Of a stretch of 64,000 nt of DNA, positions 1 through 14,195 are shown piece after piece. Each line of letters begins with the position of its first letter. Within the stretch, counting starts at the first letter, position 1. The stretch is from the human T2T-CHM13v2.0 reference genome, Homo sapiens, in assembly GCF_009914755.1 (NCBI RefSeq), contig NC_060925.1; one strand, given 5' to 3'. Under the pieces are notes generated by a model. It was not told the DNA's origin. It saw only the letters and a list, made by a program, of their open reading frames with translations, and ran no database searches. The position numbers were made by a program, and so were the translations under genes.

Positions 1-129
1 AGGTAATCTGTGAGTTTTAACTGTTATGCATTAGCTCAAAATAGTTCTTTTCACAAACTGACTAGAGAAAAAAATATTTATAAATCAATTTACTTGAATT
101 CATTCTTAACTTTAAAAATTGAAGTGAAT

Positions 130-530
130 ATTTTAATTCAAAAATAACAGTGTGTACCGAATCTTTTTTATTGCTTACAGGTAGGTCTATAACATAATGT
201 CTTGATATACATATACATAGTGAGAGGATTACTACGGTCAAGCTCAGTAAGATATCCATTATATCACATAGTTATCTTGTGTGTGTGTTTGTGTGTGCAT
301 TATAATCTCCCAAAATCTGCTTTCTTAGCACACATACAGTGTACAGTATATTATTAACTAGAGTTCTCATGCTATACATTCCATCTCTATACTTCTTATT
401 CATTTTACATGACTGCAACTTTGTACCCATTGACCTACATCTCCTCGTCTCCTATTCCCTCTCCAATCCCCACCTCTGGTAGCCACTACTCTACTCTGTT
501 TCTATGTATTTGATTTTTTTATGATTTCAG
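130..530 (-). mobile_element. Old LINE-1 (L1MA-type) 3' UTR fragment
   Basis: Resembles the L1MA 3' end in antisense (…gatatacatatacatagtgagaggattactacggtcaagct…, …gcaactttgtacccattgacctacatctcc…, ctactctgtttctatg); boundaries approximate. Confidence 0.7.
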
Positions 531-1921
531 ATGAGAGAGATCTAAATCTTCATATTAATCCCAAACATCCCTTTCTTATTAAATCTCAAGAGATAGAACA
601 CAGTTCCCAAACAGAAGGCAATTTAGCCTTTTTTGTGCTTCGAATATTACCCATCACTTTGGATAGGCAGGCTTCCTTAATTGCTTTGTTGCAAAAACAA
701 TTTGTGTGCTTTTTAAATGAGTTTAATTTTCTTTTAAGTTTTTCTTATAAAAAACATCCAGCATAGTAAAATCAAATAAATTATCCACATGGCAGACTTG
801 ATTCTCTCTTCTTCTATCAATAAAACTAAATTCCTCCAGACTCAGACTCAGTAAGGCATATTGTATAGAAAATCATATGTTGGTAAAAAATTCAAAAGAA
901 AAATATTATTACCTGTATTATAAATCTCCTTCTCCTTTTTCTGAATAGTCATTGCAAATAAGGTAATTCTCTAAAACTAAATTGTAAAAAGTTTATGGCC
1001 TGAAATACAACTAAAGATAACTAAGATTATAGTGTAATTATGACGCACTTTCATAGCAAACTTCAGAGGAATTTTAATATTCTACTTAGGATTTAAATGG
1101 TTTTTAAAAAACCATGGGCATTTTCAGCTGATCACAAGTGTTTTGCTCTCATTTATTTCATTTTCATACTGCAGTGATGATAACTGTGAAAAGAAACATT
1201 GGGTACAAGATAAAAAGAGGCCCAAGATATTAAACTACTGGATTGATCCTACTTAGATTATCATAGCATAAAAATTTAGGTAAGCTCTATAATATTATTA
1301 TGTTATGACTTACAAAAACACTATTCTTAATGATTCTTCACTTTTGAAGGCTTTTATGTCCAAGGTAATGGGAAGAAATCTCAATGCCTAGGTATGGCTA
1401 AAATAATAAATATCCAACAGCCCCTTGCATATATTAAAAACAAGTGTGCCTAGGTTGCATATCCGTCTGATACACACTATACTCAAGAATTGCTGCTAGA
1501 GTTGCAAAACTAACAGTGATATTCCAGTTGACTGAGGAATAGTTATGTGCATTTCTTTTCACAGGAAGATAACATTCATGGCCACCTTTGGTAGAGCTTG
1601 TGTTTTATTTGTTTTGTCCTCACATTGAATGGGTGGGTATGCCTGCATCTCCTCCAGGCATTTGCTTTCAATTAGAGGCCATACAGACCTGTACTTTCCT
1701 CATACTTTTAAGTCTCACAGTGTGCTGGGAAATGCAAAACCTCAATGTTGGCCTTTGCTAAGTTGATCTCTGGGGCCCAGCTTAAACACTTCCCTTCTCC
1801 ATCTTATTACCACCAAAAGGCTTAAAAAAAAATCAGGACAGCAAGTAATGCATCTTATATGGCATGTTCTTTGATCTCCTTCCAAGAGTGAGGGCAGAAA
1901 GGAAGCTGCTGAAATGACTTA

Positions 1922-2201
1922 CAGTATTCTCACCTTATCCATAGTTTTGCTTTCTGTGATTTCAGTTACCTGCATTCAACCGTGATCCAAAAACATTACA
2001 GTATTTTGAGAGAGAGAGAGAGAGAGAAAGGGAGGCCACATTCACATAACTTGTATAGCATATCATTATAATTGTTCTATTTTTTAATTTTTATTTTGTC
2101 AGTGAACCTTAGTGAAGAGCAATGCTCTATTTCATTGTTATTATTGTTAATTTCTTACTGTGCCTAATTTACAAACTTCATCATAGGTGTCTGTATGTGT
2201 A

Positions 2202-2245
<44 letters not shown>

Positions 2246-2330
2246 GACAGTGGTTTGGCATTATGTGTAGTTTCAGGCATCCACTGGAGAGTCTAGGAAC
2301 ATATCCCCTGTGGGTAAAGGGGAAGTACTC
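1922..2330. mobile_element. MER2 (TcMar-Tigger) non-autonomous DNA transposon
   Basis: Decayed TIRs (cagtattctcaccttatcc … ggtaaaggggaagtactc); typical body ttcagttacc…, (GA)n ccacattcacataac, ttcaggcatccactgg. Confidence 0.85.
2191..2245. repeat. (TG)n(TA)n compound microsatellite inside MER2
   Basis: Directly visible. Confidence 0.95.
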
Positions 2331-4084
2331 TTTTGGGGACCTGTGCTTTCGGAGTTGGCCACTTTTAATGGCACTCACACACTACTAATAAATCTTATTA
2401 CGCTGTGGAATTGATTATTGCAAACCTAGGAAAATCAACAAAATAATTCTTTTTGTAACATGTACTAGTACTATTTTTATGAACCTTATTTAACGTTAAG
2501 TGTTCAGATAGCTTTTCCTTCAGGCATATGAAATGACTTTGCTTCAAGCTGCTAGCACTGACAGAAAAAGAGTGATTACACTTTCCCCTTACACATCCAG
2601 CTCAACTGCCCCTCACTTAATAGCTACTAAAACGTGTCCTAAAACGTTCTTTGAAAGTTTTGAATACAATGTTGGTAGACAGATTCATTTTACACTCAGG
2701 AATCAGACTCTACTAAACAAAGTATCAAATAAACCATGATTAAAAGAAAAAGCATAATTATATGTCAATGTTTTCTTAAAAGTATGTGAAGAACATTAAG
2801 ATGACCAAAAAGAATTTTTTTGCTAAACTGATGTACCAGCTAATATTGAGCAATTTCTACATTTATTTGCCTTGATAGTCAAAATGCACTGGACATTTGT
2901 TAGTAGATATAAAACAATGTCCATTCTGTGAATGGAATCTGTCATCTTCCTCAACTGCAAGGCTTACTTTATCTCCAAGCCTCATTTTTGTATGAAAAAT
3001 GGAGAGATAATTTGTAATCCCTATGTTCATTCAATCAGGAACTAAAACCTCTCCAACAGTGGGACATTTCCGTGCCCTTTAAAGCGAAAGCTTAATCTAT
3101 AGGACCTCTTCATTATCTGAAACTTGATGATTATATGATTGTTAATCTTTCTTCACATCAGTTTATATAACTTTAAAAACACTGTTACCTTAAATTTTTT
3201 TTTTATTCTTAGATAAATTCAAACATTTACTTTGCTATGCCTGCAACTTTTTGCCTAGGATCTGTTAGGGAAAGTCAAACCCCAGTGTGGTGGGTATTAC
3301 TATCAATCCAGGGTTACAAGGTTATAAATCTGTCTAACTTTCCAATCTCCCAATCACTTTAACTTTGTATCTTTCTTTACTTATTAATTACATAGTGAAA
3401 CTAGACTAACAACAATAAAAACAAACCTTCATTATGATTGAAATACACCTGTTTGAAATCAACCAATGATTTCACAATAAAAGCGTTCACTAAATTTGTG
3501 CAAGTTATTCTCACCTCATCTCTATTTCTACCTGCTTAAAATTAAATAAAGTTTTAGATATAGTCATTTCTCTGTAAGAATAAAAGACATGGAATTCCTT
3601 CTCTGCCTCCTGAATTTTCGTCCCAGACAAGCTTATATTTTTGCTGCTTTATCTTGAAAGACTCCCTCTCTTGAAATTCATGATCTGTGTGTGCCCACTG
3701 ATTCTTCAATTGTTTTGAGTAGGGAGAGAATACAGGGAGGCAAAGATATACTTTCTTCTCTCATTTGAAGGGCCTGCCACTAATTATTCTGAAACATCAC
3801 ATCCTCACAGATGTGTGAATCATGTAAACTAGAAAATAATATAATTTTACACATCTAAGGAATATCTTTGAATTCCGTTTATTCATCCATTAATTCATCA
3901 ACTATTTCATTTGATAAGCATTTTCATGGACGCTGGGGGCAAAAAAATGCCAATTTTGTACCCAAGTAGCTTGTAAACTCTAATGGCAAAAAAGTGTAAA
4001 TAAATCAACATATAAAGGATACGGGGTGCTGGAATGGAGGTTTGTTGTGGGTACCACAAGAACACATTAAGTTTTTAAATTATC

Positions 4085-4290
4085 TCTGAAGTCAGGCTGC
4101 CTAGGTAAACACGCTACCCCTGCTGTACCACACTATGTTCCAAGTTTTCTTGTTTGTCAAATAAAAATTTTTAAAAGTAGTAGCAATATAACATGTTTGT
4201 CAAAAGTAGTAATGAAAAATACACAAGACATGATCAGAATAGGTTCTGGTACATCATGAGCCATCAATAAATGTTAGCTGTATTATTTCT
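4085..4290 (+). mobile_element. MIR SINE fragment
   Basis: gaagtcaggctgcctagg start and catcaataaatgttagctgtattatt MIR-type 3' end. Confidence 0.55.
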
Positions 4291-4580
4291 GTAATTCTAT
4301 TTTTGTGATCAAAGTAATATTTGGTGATTTTAGAACAATGAGAACGTGTAAATAAGCAAAATATTTTTAAAATCTACACTATATCCCTCAAGATAACTAT
4401 TAACAATATTTATACTTATCTTTATCTATATGATTATCTACTGTGTTCTTGTTTGTGACTGTGTATGCATGTATTTAAAACATGAGAATTCTTTCATATA
4501 TTAGGTAAACTTTTTTTACTTATCAAGTATTGTAGAAATCATCTCAATCAATATTCATTTACAACATCTTTCTTAATGGT

Positions 4581-4971
4581 TATATTATTCCATTCTCACA
4601 CTGCTATAGAAAACTACCTGAGAGTGAATGATTTATGAAGAAAAGAGGTTTGACTCATAGTTCTGCAGATTGTAGAGAAGCATGGCTGGGAGGTCTTAGG
4701 AAACTTACAATCATAGCAGAAGGTAAGGGGGAAGCAAGCACATCTTACCATGGCGAAGCAGGAGAGAGAGAGCAAAGGGGGATATGCTAAACACTTTTAA
4801 ACAACCAGGTCTTGTGAGAGCTCACTCATGAGACAAAACTAGAGGGATGGTGCTAAACCATTAGAAACCACCCCCATGATCCAATCACCTTGCACCTGAC
4901 CCCTCCTTCAACATGTGGTGATTACAATTTTACATGAGATTTGGGTGTGAACACAGATTCAAACCATATCA
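4581..4971 (-). mobile_element. THE1D 3' LTR
   Basis: ggatggtgctaaaccattagaaaccacccccatgatccaatcacc motif of THE1D/MSTA type. Confidence 0.85.
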
Positions 4972-6584
4972 TTCTGACCTTGGCCTCTCCCAAATCTCAT
5001 GTCCTTCTCTCATTTCAAAACACAATCATGCCTTCCCAACATAAGTACCCCAAAGTCTTAACTCATTCAAGCATGAACCCAAAAGTCCAAGTCCAAATTC
5101 TCATCTGAGACAAGGCAAGTGCCTTCAGTGTATGAGTCTGTAAAATCAAATACAAGTGAGTTACTTCCAGGATACAATGGGGTGCGGGCATGGGGTAAAT
5201 GCTCCTGCTCAAAATGAGAGAAATTGGCCAAAACAAAGGGGCTCCAGGCCCCATGCAAGTCTGAAACTTAGCAGGGCAGTCATTAAACCTTAAAGCTCCG
5301 AAATAATCTTTGACAACATGTCTCACATCCAGGGCATACTGATGAAAGGGATGGGCTCTCAAGGCCTTTGGTAGCTCCACCCTTGTGCCTCTGCAGGGTA
5401 CAGACCCCTCAGCAGTTTTCACAGGCTGGCATTGAGTGGCTGTGGCTATTTCAGGTGCATGGTACAAGGCGTTGGTAGATCTACCATTCTGGGGTCTGGA
5501 AAATGATGGCCTTCATCTCACTGCTCCACTAGGCAGTGCCCCAGTGGGGACCCTGTATGGGGTCTCCAACCCAACATTTCCTTTCCGGACTGCCCTAACA
5601 GAGGTTCTCCATGAGGGCTCTGCCCTTGCAACAGGCTTCTGCCTGGGTATCCAGGCATTTCCATATATCCTCTGAAATCTAGGCAGAGGTTCCCTAACCT
5701 CAGTTCTTGCCTTCTGTGCACCTGCAGTTCCAACATCATGTGGAAACTGCCAAGGCTTGGGGCTTCCACCCTCTGAAGCTATGGCCCAAGCTATACCTTG
5801 TCCCCATTTAGCCATGGCTGGAGCTGGAGCAGCTAGGAGGCAGTATTCCATGTCCTGAGGCTGCACAGAGGAGCAGGCCCTGGGCCCAGCCCAGGAAACT
5901 ATTCTTCCCTCACAGGCCTCCAGGCCTATAATGGGAGGGGCTGCCATGAAGATCTCTGAAATGCCCTGGAGACATTTTTCCTATTGTATTAGCTATTAAC
6001 ATTTGGCTCCTGTTACTTATGCAACTTTCTGTAGCTGACTTAAGTTTCTCCACTGAAAATGAGTTTTTCTTTTCTACCATATGGTCAGGCTGAAAATTTT
6101 TAAAATTTTTAAGCTCCACTTCCGTTTTAAACATAAGTTCCAATTTCAGACTATCTCTTTGTGAACGCACATGACTGTACACTTTTAGCAACAGCCAGGT
6201 CATGTCTTGAATGTTTTACTGCTTAGAAAGTTGTTTCAACACATGTCCTTAATCATCTTTCTCATATTCAAAGTTCCACAAATCCCTAGAGCAGGGACAA
6301 AATGCCACCAGTCTCTTTGCTAAAGCATAGCAAGAGTGACATTTACTCCAGTTCCCAAAAAGTTCCTCATCTCCATCTGAGACCATCTCAGCTTCGACTT
6401 CACTGTCATCATTTTGGTCACAATCATTCAATAATTCTCTAGGAAGTTACAAACTTTCACTCATCTTACTGTCATCTTCTGAGCCCTTCAAACTGTTCCA
6501 GTCTTTGCCCATTAACCAGTTCCAAACTCACTTCACATTTTCAGGTATTTTGATAACAGTGTCCCACTCCCGGTACCAATTTTC
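4972..6584 (-). pseudogene. THE1-int internal region with frameshifted remnants of the MaLR internal ORF
   Basis: Minus-strand ORF fragments 6249-6431 (EVEAEMVSDGDEELFGNWSKCHSCYALAKRLVAFCPCSRDLWNFE), 5910-6203, 5513-5947 and 5063-5467 match the recalled THE1/MST internal ORF. Confidence 0.85.
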
Positions 6585-6977
6585 TGTATCAATCCATTCT
6601 TACACTACTGTAAAGAACTATCTGAGACTGTGTAATTTATAAAGAAAAGAGGCTTAATTGAATCAGCATTCCACAGGCTGTACAGAAGCATGACTGCGAG
6701 GCCCCAGGAAACTTACGATTATGGCAGAAGGTGAAAGGGAAGCAAACATGTCTTACCATAGTGAAGCAGGAGAGAGATACAGCAAAGGGGATAGTGCTAA
6801 AAGCTTTTAACCAGATTTTGTGAGAACTCACTCACAAGACAGTACCAGGAGGATGGTGCTAAACCATTAGAAACTGCCCCCATGATCCAATCACCTGTCA
6901 CCAGACTCCTCTTTCAATATGTGGCGATTACAATTTGACATGAGATTTGGATGAGGATGCAGAGCCAAACCATATCA
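6585..6977 (-). mobile_element. THE1D 5' LTR
   Basis: Colinear with 4581-4971. Confidence 0.85.
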
Positions 6978-7222
6978 ATGGTTCAATAGCATTATGTTGA
7001 ATAAGTCCCCAATGATTGCTTAAGCCAATCCTTTATTATAAGACACTTACATTTATTCCTTATTTTTACTGATATATAAAATATTATGATAAATGTCTTA
7101 GTAATTTAATTTCTTATGACTAATTAGTACCTTAAGATTTTTTGTTGGAATTTGGAATTGCTCTGTCAAGTATAATGTAGCTTTCTAAAGCTGTAGAATA
7201 TAAAATTTAAACTGTAAAATGA

Positions 7223-8375
<1,153 letters not shown>

Positions 8376-9167
8376 AAAAGATAATTATAGATAATTACCT
8401 GGATTTTTTTAAATTGCCAATAAATAGCTAAAATGGATTAAGAGAAAAATTCTACATTTGCTATGTAGCTAACCATCACTCAACTCTACATATCCATTAA
8501 CTTCTACAGAGAAAGTATACAAAAAACCCTCATGAAAGTTATACAGACTTGCCTCCTTTTCTGAGCAAAATGAAAAAATTTGTATGAATCAGTATTTCTT
8601 TAGTAATTTTGTTTTATTATTCTTTGTAAAAATTTCAACTCCAGGCTTTCTTGATGGAGTGTGCAGTTGGGGGGTTGTGAGAGGCTCGCCTGAAGTGGTG
8701 ACAGAAGCAAATTTTATTCCTTTCTAGAAACAGGGACATTTAGAATCAGTCTTGGTTTCTTTGTTCTCTGCTGAATACAAACAAAAAATTAAGTTCCATA
8801 AATTTCAATTCTCTTTTGAAGCTTTATCTTCTACATCGAAGGAACTAAACTTTAAAAAGTATATTTTCACAGCATATTTTCTTCTGAAGGGGTGTTGAAT
8901 CTTTTAATTTGGATGATAACTGCAAAATTTGATTTGCACTCATGAATATTTATGTACTCAGGAAGTGTCTGCAAAAAAAAAAAAACAATATTTCAAAGCA
9001 ACTAAACTCAAAATAACACTTTTTCTCATATGCAAGGTTGGCATGAACAATGGGTCAGGCTGTCTCTTCTTTTACTGTGCCAATCTTAGATCTCAATAGG
9101 GAGATCAATCCTAGTGAACCTGATTCTGGGCAGTCTTCAGATACCTACAGCATCTTCTTTCCCAGAT

Positions 9168-9340
9168 TTGAGCACTTATAGTCTACCAGGAGCCACACTT
9201 AGTGATTTAAAGTCATCTGTTTTAATTCTCACAGCAGCCGTATGATTTCAGTATTTTATCTCTATTTTTCAGATTTAAAAAAATGAGGATCATAGATTTG
9301 AGCTAGATTTGGAAAGCTAGTATCTTAAAATGGAAAGACC
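9168..9340 (-). mobile_element. MIR fragment
   Basis: ttgagcactt…tttaattctcacagcagcc…tatttttcagat…aaatgagg MIR core. Confidence 0.6.
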
Positions 9341-9939
9341 CCAATTTTCATTTTATCTTGCTGCTGCTCTTTTTCTATATTAATTTAGTCCTAGATAATT
9401 TTTTAGATCTTAGGTAATGCAATGCCACCATGTGATCAGCCCCATGCCTCCTGTACCTTGGTTGACTTAGGTACCTACTTCTCCTCTGCCTTGATACCCA
9501 ATCTTTCTTTAATTTTTATAGATATTGAATTTTTCTTTCATAATAATATCAATACAATATTCTTTGCAGCAAATTGATATTCAGGTATTTATAGTATTCT
9601 CTTCACTCTAAACAACATTTTTGTAACTAAAATTCCCTATTCAAGTAATCTTATAGAAAGGTGTTTTCTTTTTGTTTTTTGTTTTTGTTTGTAGGTGAGA
9701 AAGACGCTAAAAAGTGTGATATCTGGGCCAAAGATTATATGTGCTTCAAAATGTATTTTGTAATACCATATTATTTTCTAGCAATATTGTAGCAAATCAC
9801 ATTCTCAGAAAAAACAAAGAAAAAGCCCAATTCTGCATGTTATTGTCAGAACTAGATAACTTCGATTTTCAACAATTTTAAATTTGATCGGTAAGACCTT
9901 TTTTTTAACTTTCGTGTCCAAGTGCCCCATAATTAAGCA

Positions 9940-10270
9940 AAAGTTCTTTTCATATGATTATTGACCAATTGTATTTCCTCTTCATGAATTTATATTCTTT
10001 GAAATTATTTCCACATTTTTAAAATTTATTGGAACCCCTCAAATACTAAGGACATATTAAGTGTTCATTTATCATATCTTGTATATCTACATTTTCTCAA
10101 TCTGCTGTTTGTCTTTTTATTTTGTTTGGGTATATTTGCCATGCAGACATTTTACTAATTTGTATATAATCAAATCTGTTAGATTTTATATGGCTTCTTG
10201 TCCTGCTTGAAACTATCTCTCCCACCAGAGGGCATTCTGATATTCTGCATTTTTCTCATATTCTTATTAT
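9940..10270 (-). mobile_element. Ancient L1ME-type fragment
   Basis: ttttcatatgattattgaccaattgtatttcctctt…, tttgccatgcagacatttt. Confidence 0.5.
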
Positions 10271-10899
10271 TTAATGTTTTTCCTTTCAGATCTATTCACT
10301 AAATGCCTCATTTTGCAGAAAGCAACTTATAGCCGTCTGTAATCAATCCTATCTGTGTTATTTGAACCGTTTCTTATAGCTGGTTTTGGATACAGTTCTC
10401 CTGGGAAGGGTGTCCAGAGATCTTGATTTTCTGCCATAATGTAATTTTTAGTTCTTTTCTTCTACAAGAATGATGAATAAGAGAGTGAACCACTAATTCA
10501 ATTTGTACAACTGTCAAGCCATTTTTCTAGTAGCCATAATAAAATTGCATTTAGAGTAAACATAATGCCAATAAACTTCTTTTTCTTCTATCTTCATATT
10601 GCTTTGGGGACAGTTTGCTTCAAGGATTTCCGCCACACATAAACTTCATGTATATGAGTATTTATCACACTACTACTGAAAAAGTATCTTTATCTCCAAA
10701 TAAAAAACATTTTAATGATCATTTTCAGCTATTTAATGCCACCTCCATCCAAACACTTCAATGTTGAGGGTTGGTGGTGTGAATTTCAGTTCTCTTCTCT
10801 CTTCCTTTCCAACCTGCAAAACATCCTCGTCCTTGAGATGCTATGGGAATGCTCACAAATCTTTTCTCACTAGTAACTTTCATAGACAAGCATACAGAT

Positions 10900-11301
10900 T
10901 GCTAAGGTTTGAATGTGTCCCCCGAAGTTCATGTATTGAAAACATAATCCCCAGTGCAACAGTGTTGGGCGGCAGGTCCTATTAAGAAGTAATTAGATCA
11001 TGAGACCTCTGCTGTCATGAATGGTTTAACGTCATCATCACAGGGGTAGGTTAGTTATTGTGAGAGTGGGCTTTTTATAAAACTGAGCTTGGCCCCCTCG
11101 TGGTCTCTGCCCTCTCTCACATGCTCTCTCACCACGTGATATCCTCCACCATGTTATGATGCAGCAAGAGAGCCCTCACCAGATGTGACCCTGCCATCTT
11201 GAACATTCCACCCTCCAGAACAGTGAGACAAATACACTTCTACTGTTAATCAATTACCCAATTTGTTATTCTGTTCCAGCTACACAAAAAGGACTAAGAC
11301 A
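10900..11301 (+). mobile_element. MSTD-type MaLR solo LTR
   Basis: tgctaaggtttgaatgtgtcccc … ggactaagaca termini; near-TSD CAGAT/CACAT. Confidence 0.85.
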
Positions 11302-11954
11302 CACATCTGCTTCTACCTCCCCCATGTCCCATGATCCTGAATACCTTGTTAGTGATCAATGCTGATCCTACTTTTTCCTTGTCCATCTTTTAGGTCAAGT
11401 CTTATTAATAATCCTGAATTGTTCAAAATTGGTTTGAGAACTCACTAGAACAGAGCTATTCCATTCCTTCCTGGAAATATGACAACCGCATTTTTATTGA
11501 TCTTTGTTACTCCCTATCAACTGCAGCTACTTTTTTTCCTACAAATATGTAGTGACGTCTTTTTGAAGTATATCTAGCTCCAAGGTTAAAGAACACAGAT
11601 AAACTTAACAATGTGATATATCATGTGAGGCTGTTAAATATATAATGAAATAGGTGCTTTAAGTGAGCAATGCCATTAACTGAAAGAGATTTAACAGATA
11701 ACCCTAGGACAAATAAGCATTCTTAATTTTATACAATTTGTGCATAACCAGATGGAAGAATATTTTCTCTTTCTTTGGCATCCCAGATAAAGGGGCAGAG
11801 AAGAAATGCATTAGATTAGATTACCAAGGGAGGTGGCTAGATTTTTAGTTCCAGGAAATAATGCATTATTAAAAGAATAATGTCTCATATTCTATTTTAG
11901 CATATTTGTTCTGCTAAGACATAAACTCCATCAACTCCCAAAGCAGAAACTCGT

Positions 11955-12170
11955 AGCATTTATTGAGAACTTACTGCATGCCCAGCACTATTTTAATGTA
12001 TTCCTGTGTAACACCTCTATTAATTATCACAATAGTTTCAAAAGGTAGGTGTTACTATCATCTTATACTTACAAATGTGGAAAATTAAAATAAAATTTGA
12101 GTGATTTACTGAATGTCTCAAAGTAGTAAATATGGTGGTAATATTTGAAGTAAAGCCATTTGACCTTGGA
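11955..12170 (-). mobile_element. MIR
   Basis: agcatttattgagaacttactgcatgcccagcact…aggtaggtgttactatcatc. Confidence 0.7.
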
Positions 12171-12239
12171 CCCATTGAGCGTAAGGACTGAGTTCTACAG
12201 CTTAGTCAATGTGTGGCAGGACACCTTGTGTTCACAAGG

Positions 12240-13385
12240 TAATTTCTTCATTGCCACTTCTCTAGTCCAAGACAACATCCTTTCTTATATGAATAGGATG
12301 GCTGTATATACTTTTGTATTGGTTTCCCTATTTCCATACTTACATTTCTTTTTTTCCATTTAGTAATAGAGCTACAAGTTTTAGCTGGTTATGTGGCCAT
12401 ACAGTTAATTCTAGACAGTGAAGTGTGAGCAGAAGTAGTGTGTGTAATGTTCACTAAAAAGAGAAATTGCTTACTTTCCACTTTCTTTTCATTCTCTGTA
12501 AGCTGGAATGTGGACATAATGCTGGTAAATCAGCTGCAATGGGGGAAATGGAGCTGTCACAAAATAATGGAGATAACAGAGAACAGAGAATGACATTACC
12601 ATGAAAGCAACAATAGAGAAGAATCTGGGTCCTGGGGTGATCCTGTGGAGGACAGATGCCTATGTACTGCTGACCACCTGCCTCTCTGTCTACCTGAGAG
12701 AGACACTTTCATCTTAAACACACTCGACTGATTTTGGTGGCTATTATGGAGGTTACTCTTTGCCCCTCAGGATACATTCTTCTGCAATGCATTTACTACA
12801 AACTCACCTAAGTTACTTAAAATATCACTCAGAGCACCTCACTGCTTTGTTTAAAAATCTTCCTATAGTTGTAATGTGTTTTATTCGAAAGAAAACCTAC
12901 ACTTTTTTTTTTGCTACAGTTTGCTTTATAAGACCTTTTAAAATCTGCAAATACCTTCCTTCTCAGCCATTATCTTACTACTCTCAACTCCAGCCACACT
13001 GGCCTTTTTGCTGTTCCTTGAACAGCTTGTCCCTGCTTTTGGTCTTTGGTACTTAAATGTTTCCTCTGGCTAAAGACTTGTTATCCCCAATGTTCTTTGC
13101 AGAGGCAAATCATTTTCTTCATTTAGATCTTCTAAGAGAGGGCCTCCATTGAGTTACTGTCACTCTCAATCATTCTCTTTTATATTACTGAGATTTATTT
13201 TTTTAAAACTTTTTAATTTTTGAAATAATTGTGTTTATTCATTTGAACCTTGCCTTCCTCTTTCTTCCAGGAGGTGAGCTAACTGAGGGCAGGAACCTCT
13301 GCCTTCCTGTTCAGTTCTTTCTGTATACTACTATCTAGAAGAGTGTCTGTCTCCTAATAAGATTCAATACATATTTGTTGAATAT
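12240..13385 (+). mobile_element. L2 3' region, interrupted by an ERVL LTR
   Basis: ctccagccacactggcctttttgctgttccttgaaca, gagggcaggaacc, caatacatatttgttgaat L2 tail. Confidence 0.7.
12300..12745. mobile_element. Old ERVL LTR (LTR33/LTR16-like) nested in L2
   Basis: tgagcagaagtagtgtgtg, gctggaatgtggacataatgctgg, gaatctgggtcc motifs. Confidence 0.5.
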
Positions 13386-13543
13386 CTAATGTGAAGTGAT
13401 TCAGTAGATGAAGGAACTGAAAAGTGACTGAGAATACCCCATTATTCTTCATTGTATGACATATATCAACTTTCTTTGATTTTTAATAGTGTACTAGGAT
13501 CATTAGAGTTTGTAAAAGGAAAGAAAGAAGATACAGAGCCAGT

Positions 13544-13580
13544 ATACATACATACATACATATATATATATACACACATA
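13544..13580. repeat. (TACA)n(TA)n(CA)n microsatellite
   Basis: Directly visible. Confidence 0.9.
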
Positions 13581-14073
13581 ACCACGTTGAACCTAGCTGA
13601 CAAATGACTTTCAAATCTATATTTGATACTTGACTTTTATATTCAATGGATTCAATGGAACATAAATTTCTGAGGAAATTAAATGTTCTGGATGTAATCA
13701 GAAACTTAGGTTCTTATAGTTTAGGGAGATAGAGAGTGGCTTGATCACTTGAGATAGATACAAGAGTAAAAAGGCCATATAAGCAAATGTAGGTCGTGGG
13801 ATTTTGGATCATTTAAAATTTTTTAGCTTGATGTTTCAGAGAAATATTTATAACTAACATCTATATTATTCAGTCTTTATTTTCAAGAATTAACTTCTTA
13901 CCATAAATACTCAGATGGGAATAGCAATCTAGATTTAATTGTAGTGCTTTAGGAGGGTGACAACTCCTTGGCTGAAATTCATAAAAATAAACTGAAACAA
14001 GAACAAACAAAAACAAAACAATGAAGCAAAGTTTCTAAAAACTCCCCAGCTTATTTGGTAGTTAAAGAGCAGA

Positions 14074-14195
14074 AATAACATGTACATTCCCATTATACTC
14101 CTCATAATAGCATAGTGTGAGGAAAATATTTGTTAATAACATATAAGTTCCCCTTATATTCCTCATAATAGCATAGTGTGAGGAAAATATTTGTT
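14074..14195. repeat. Two-copy 61-bp tandem duplication
   Basis: aataacatgtacattcccattatactcctcataatagcatagtgtgaggaaaatatttgtt repeated at +61 with a few mismatches. Confidence 0.95.

Larger units (their letters stand above)
4581..6977 (-). mobile_element. Full-length THE1D (ERVL-MaLR) provirus: LTR-internal-LTR
   Basis: Two homologous LTRs (4581-4971, 6585-6977), both ending ccatatca on +, flank a ~1.6 kb THE1-int region; perfect 5-bp TSD ATGGT at 4576-4580 and 6978-6982. Confidence 0.93.

Noticed and set aside
1-10. AG|GTAATC at the window start as the end of an exon
   Set aside because: No upstream sequence is available to evaluate it.
164-186. Other AG|GT juxtapositions (CAG|GTAGGT at 180, CAG|GTATGC at 60708) as recursive sites
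   Set aside because: Shorter pyrimidine tracts or inside an L1 fragment, no clear RS-exon donor; expected by chance in 64 kb.
14074-14195. 61-bp repeat as a CRISPR-like array
   Set aside because: Only two adjacent units, no unique spacers, eukaryotic context.
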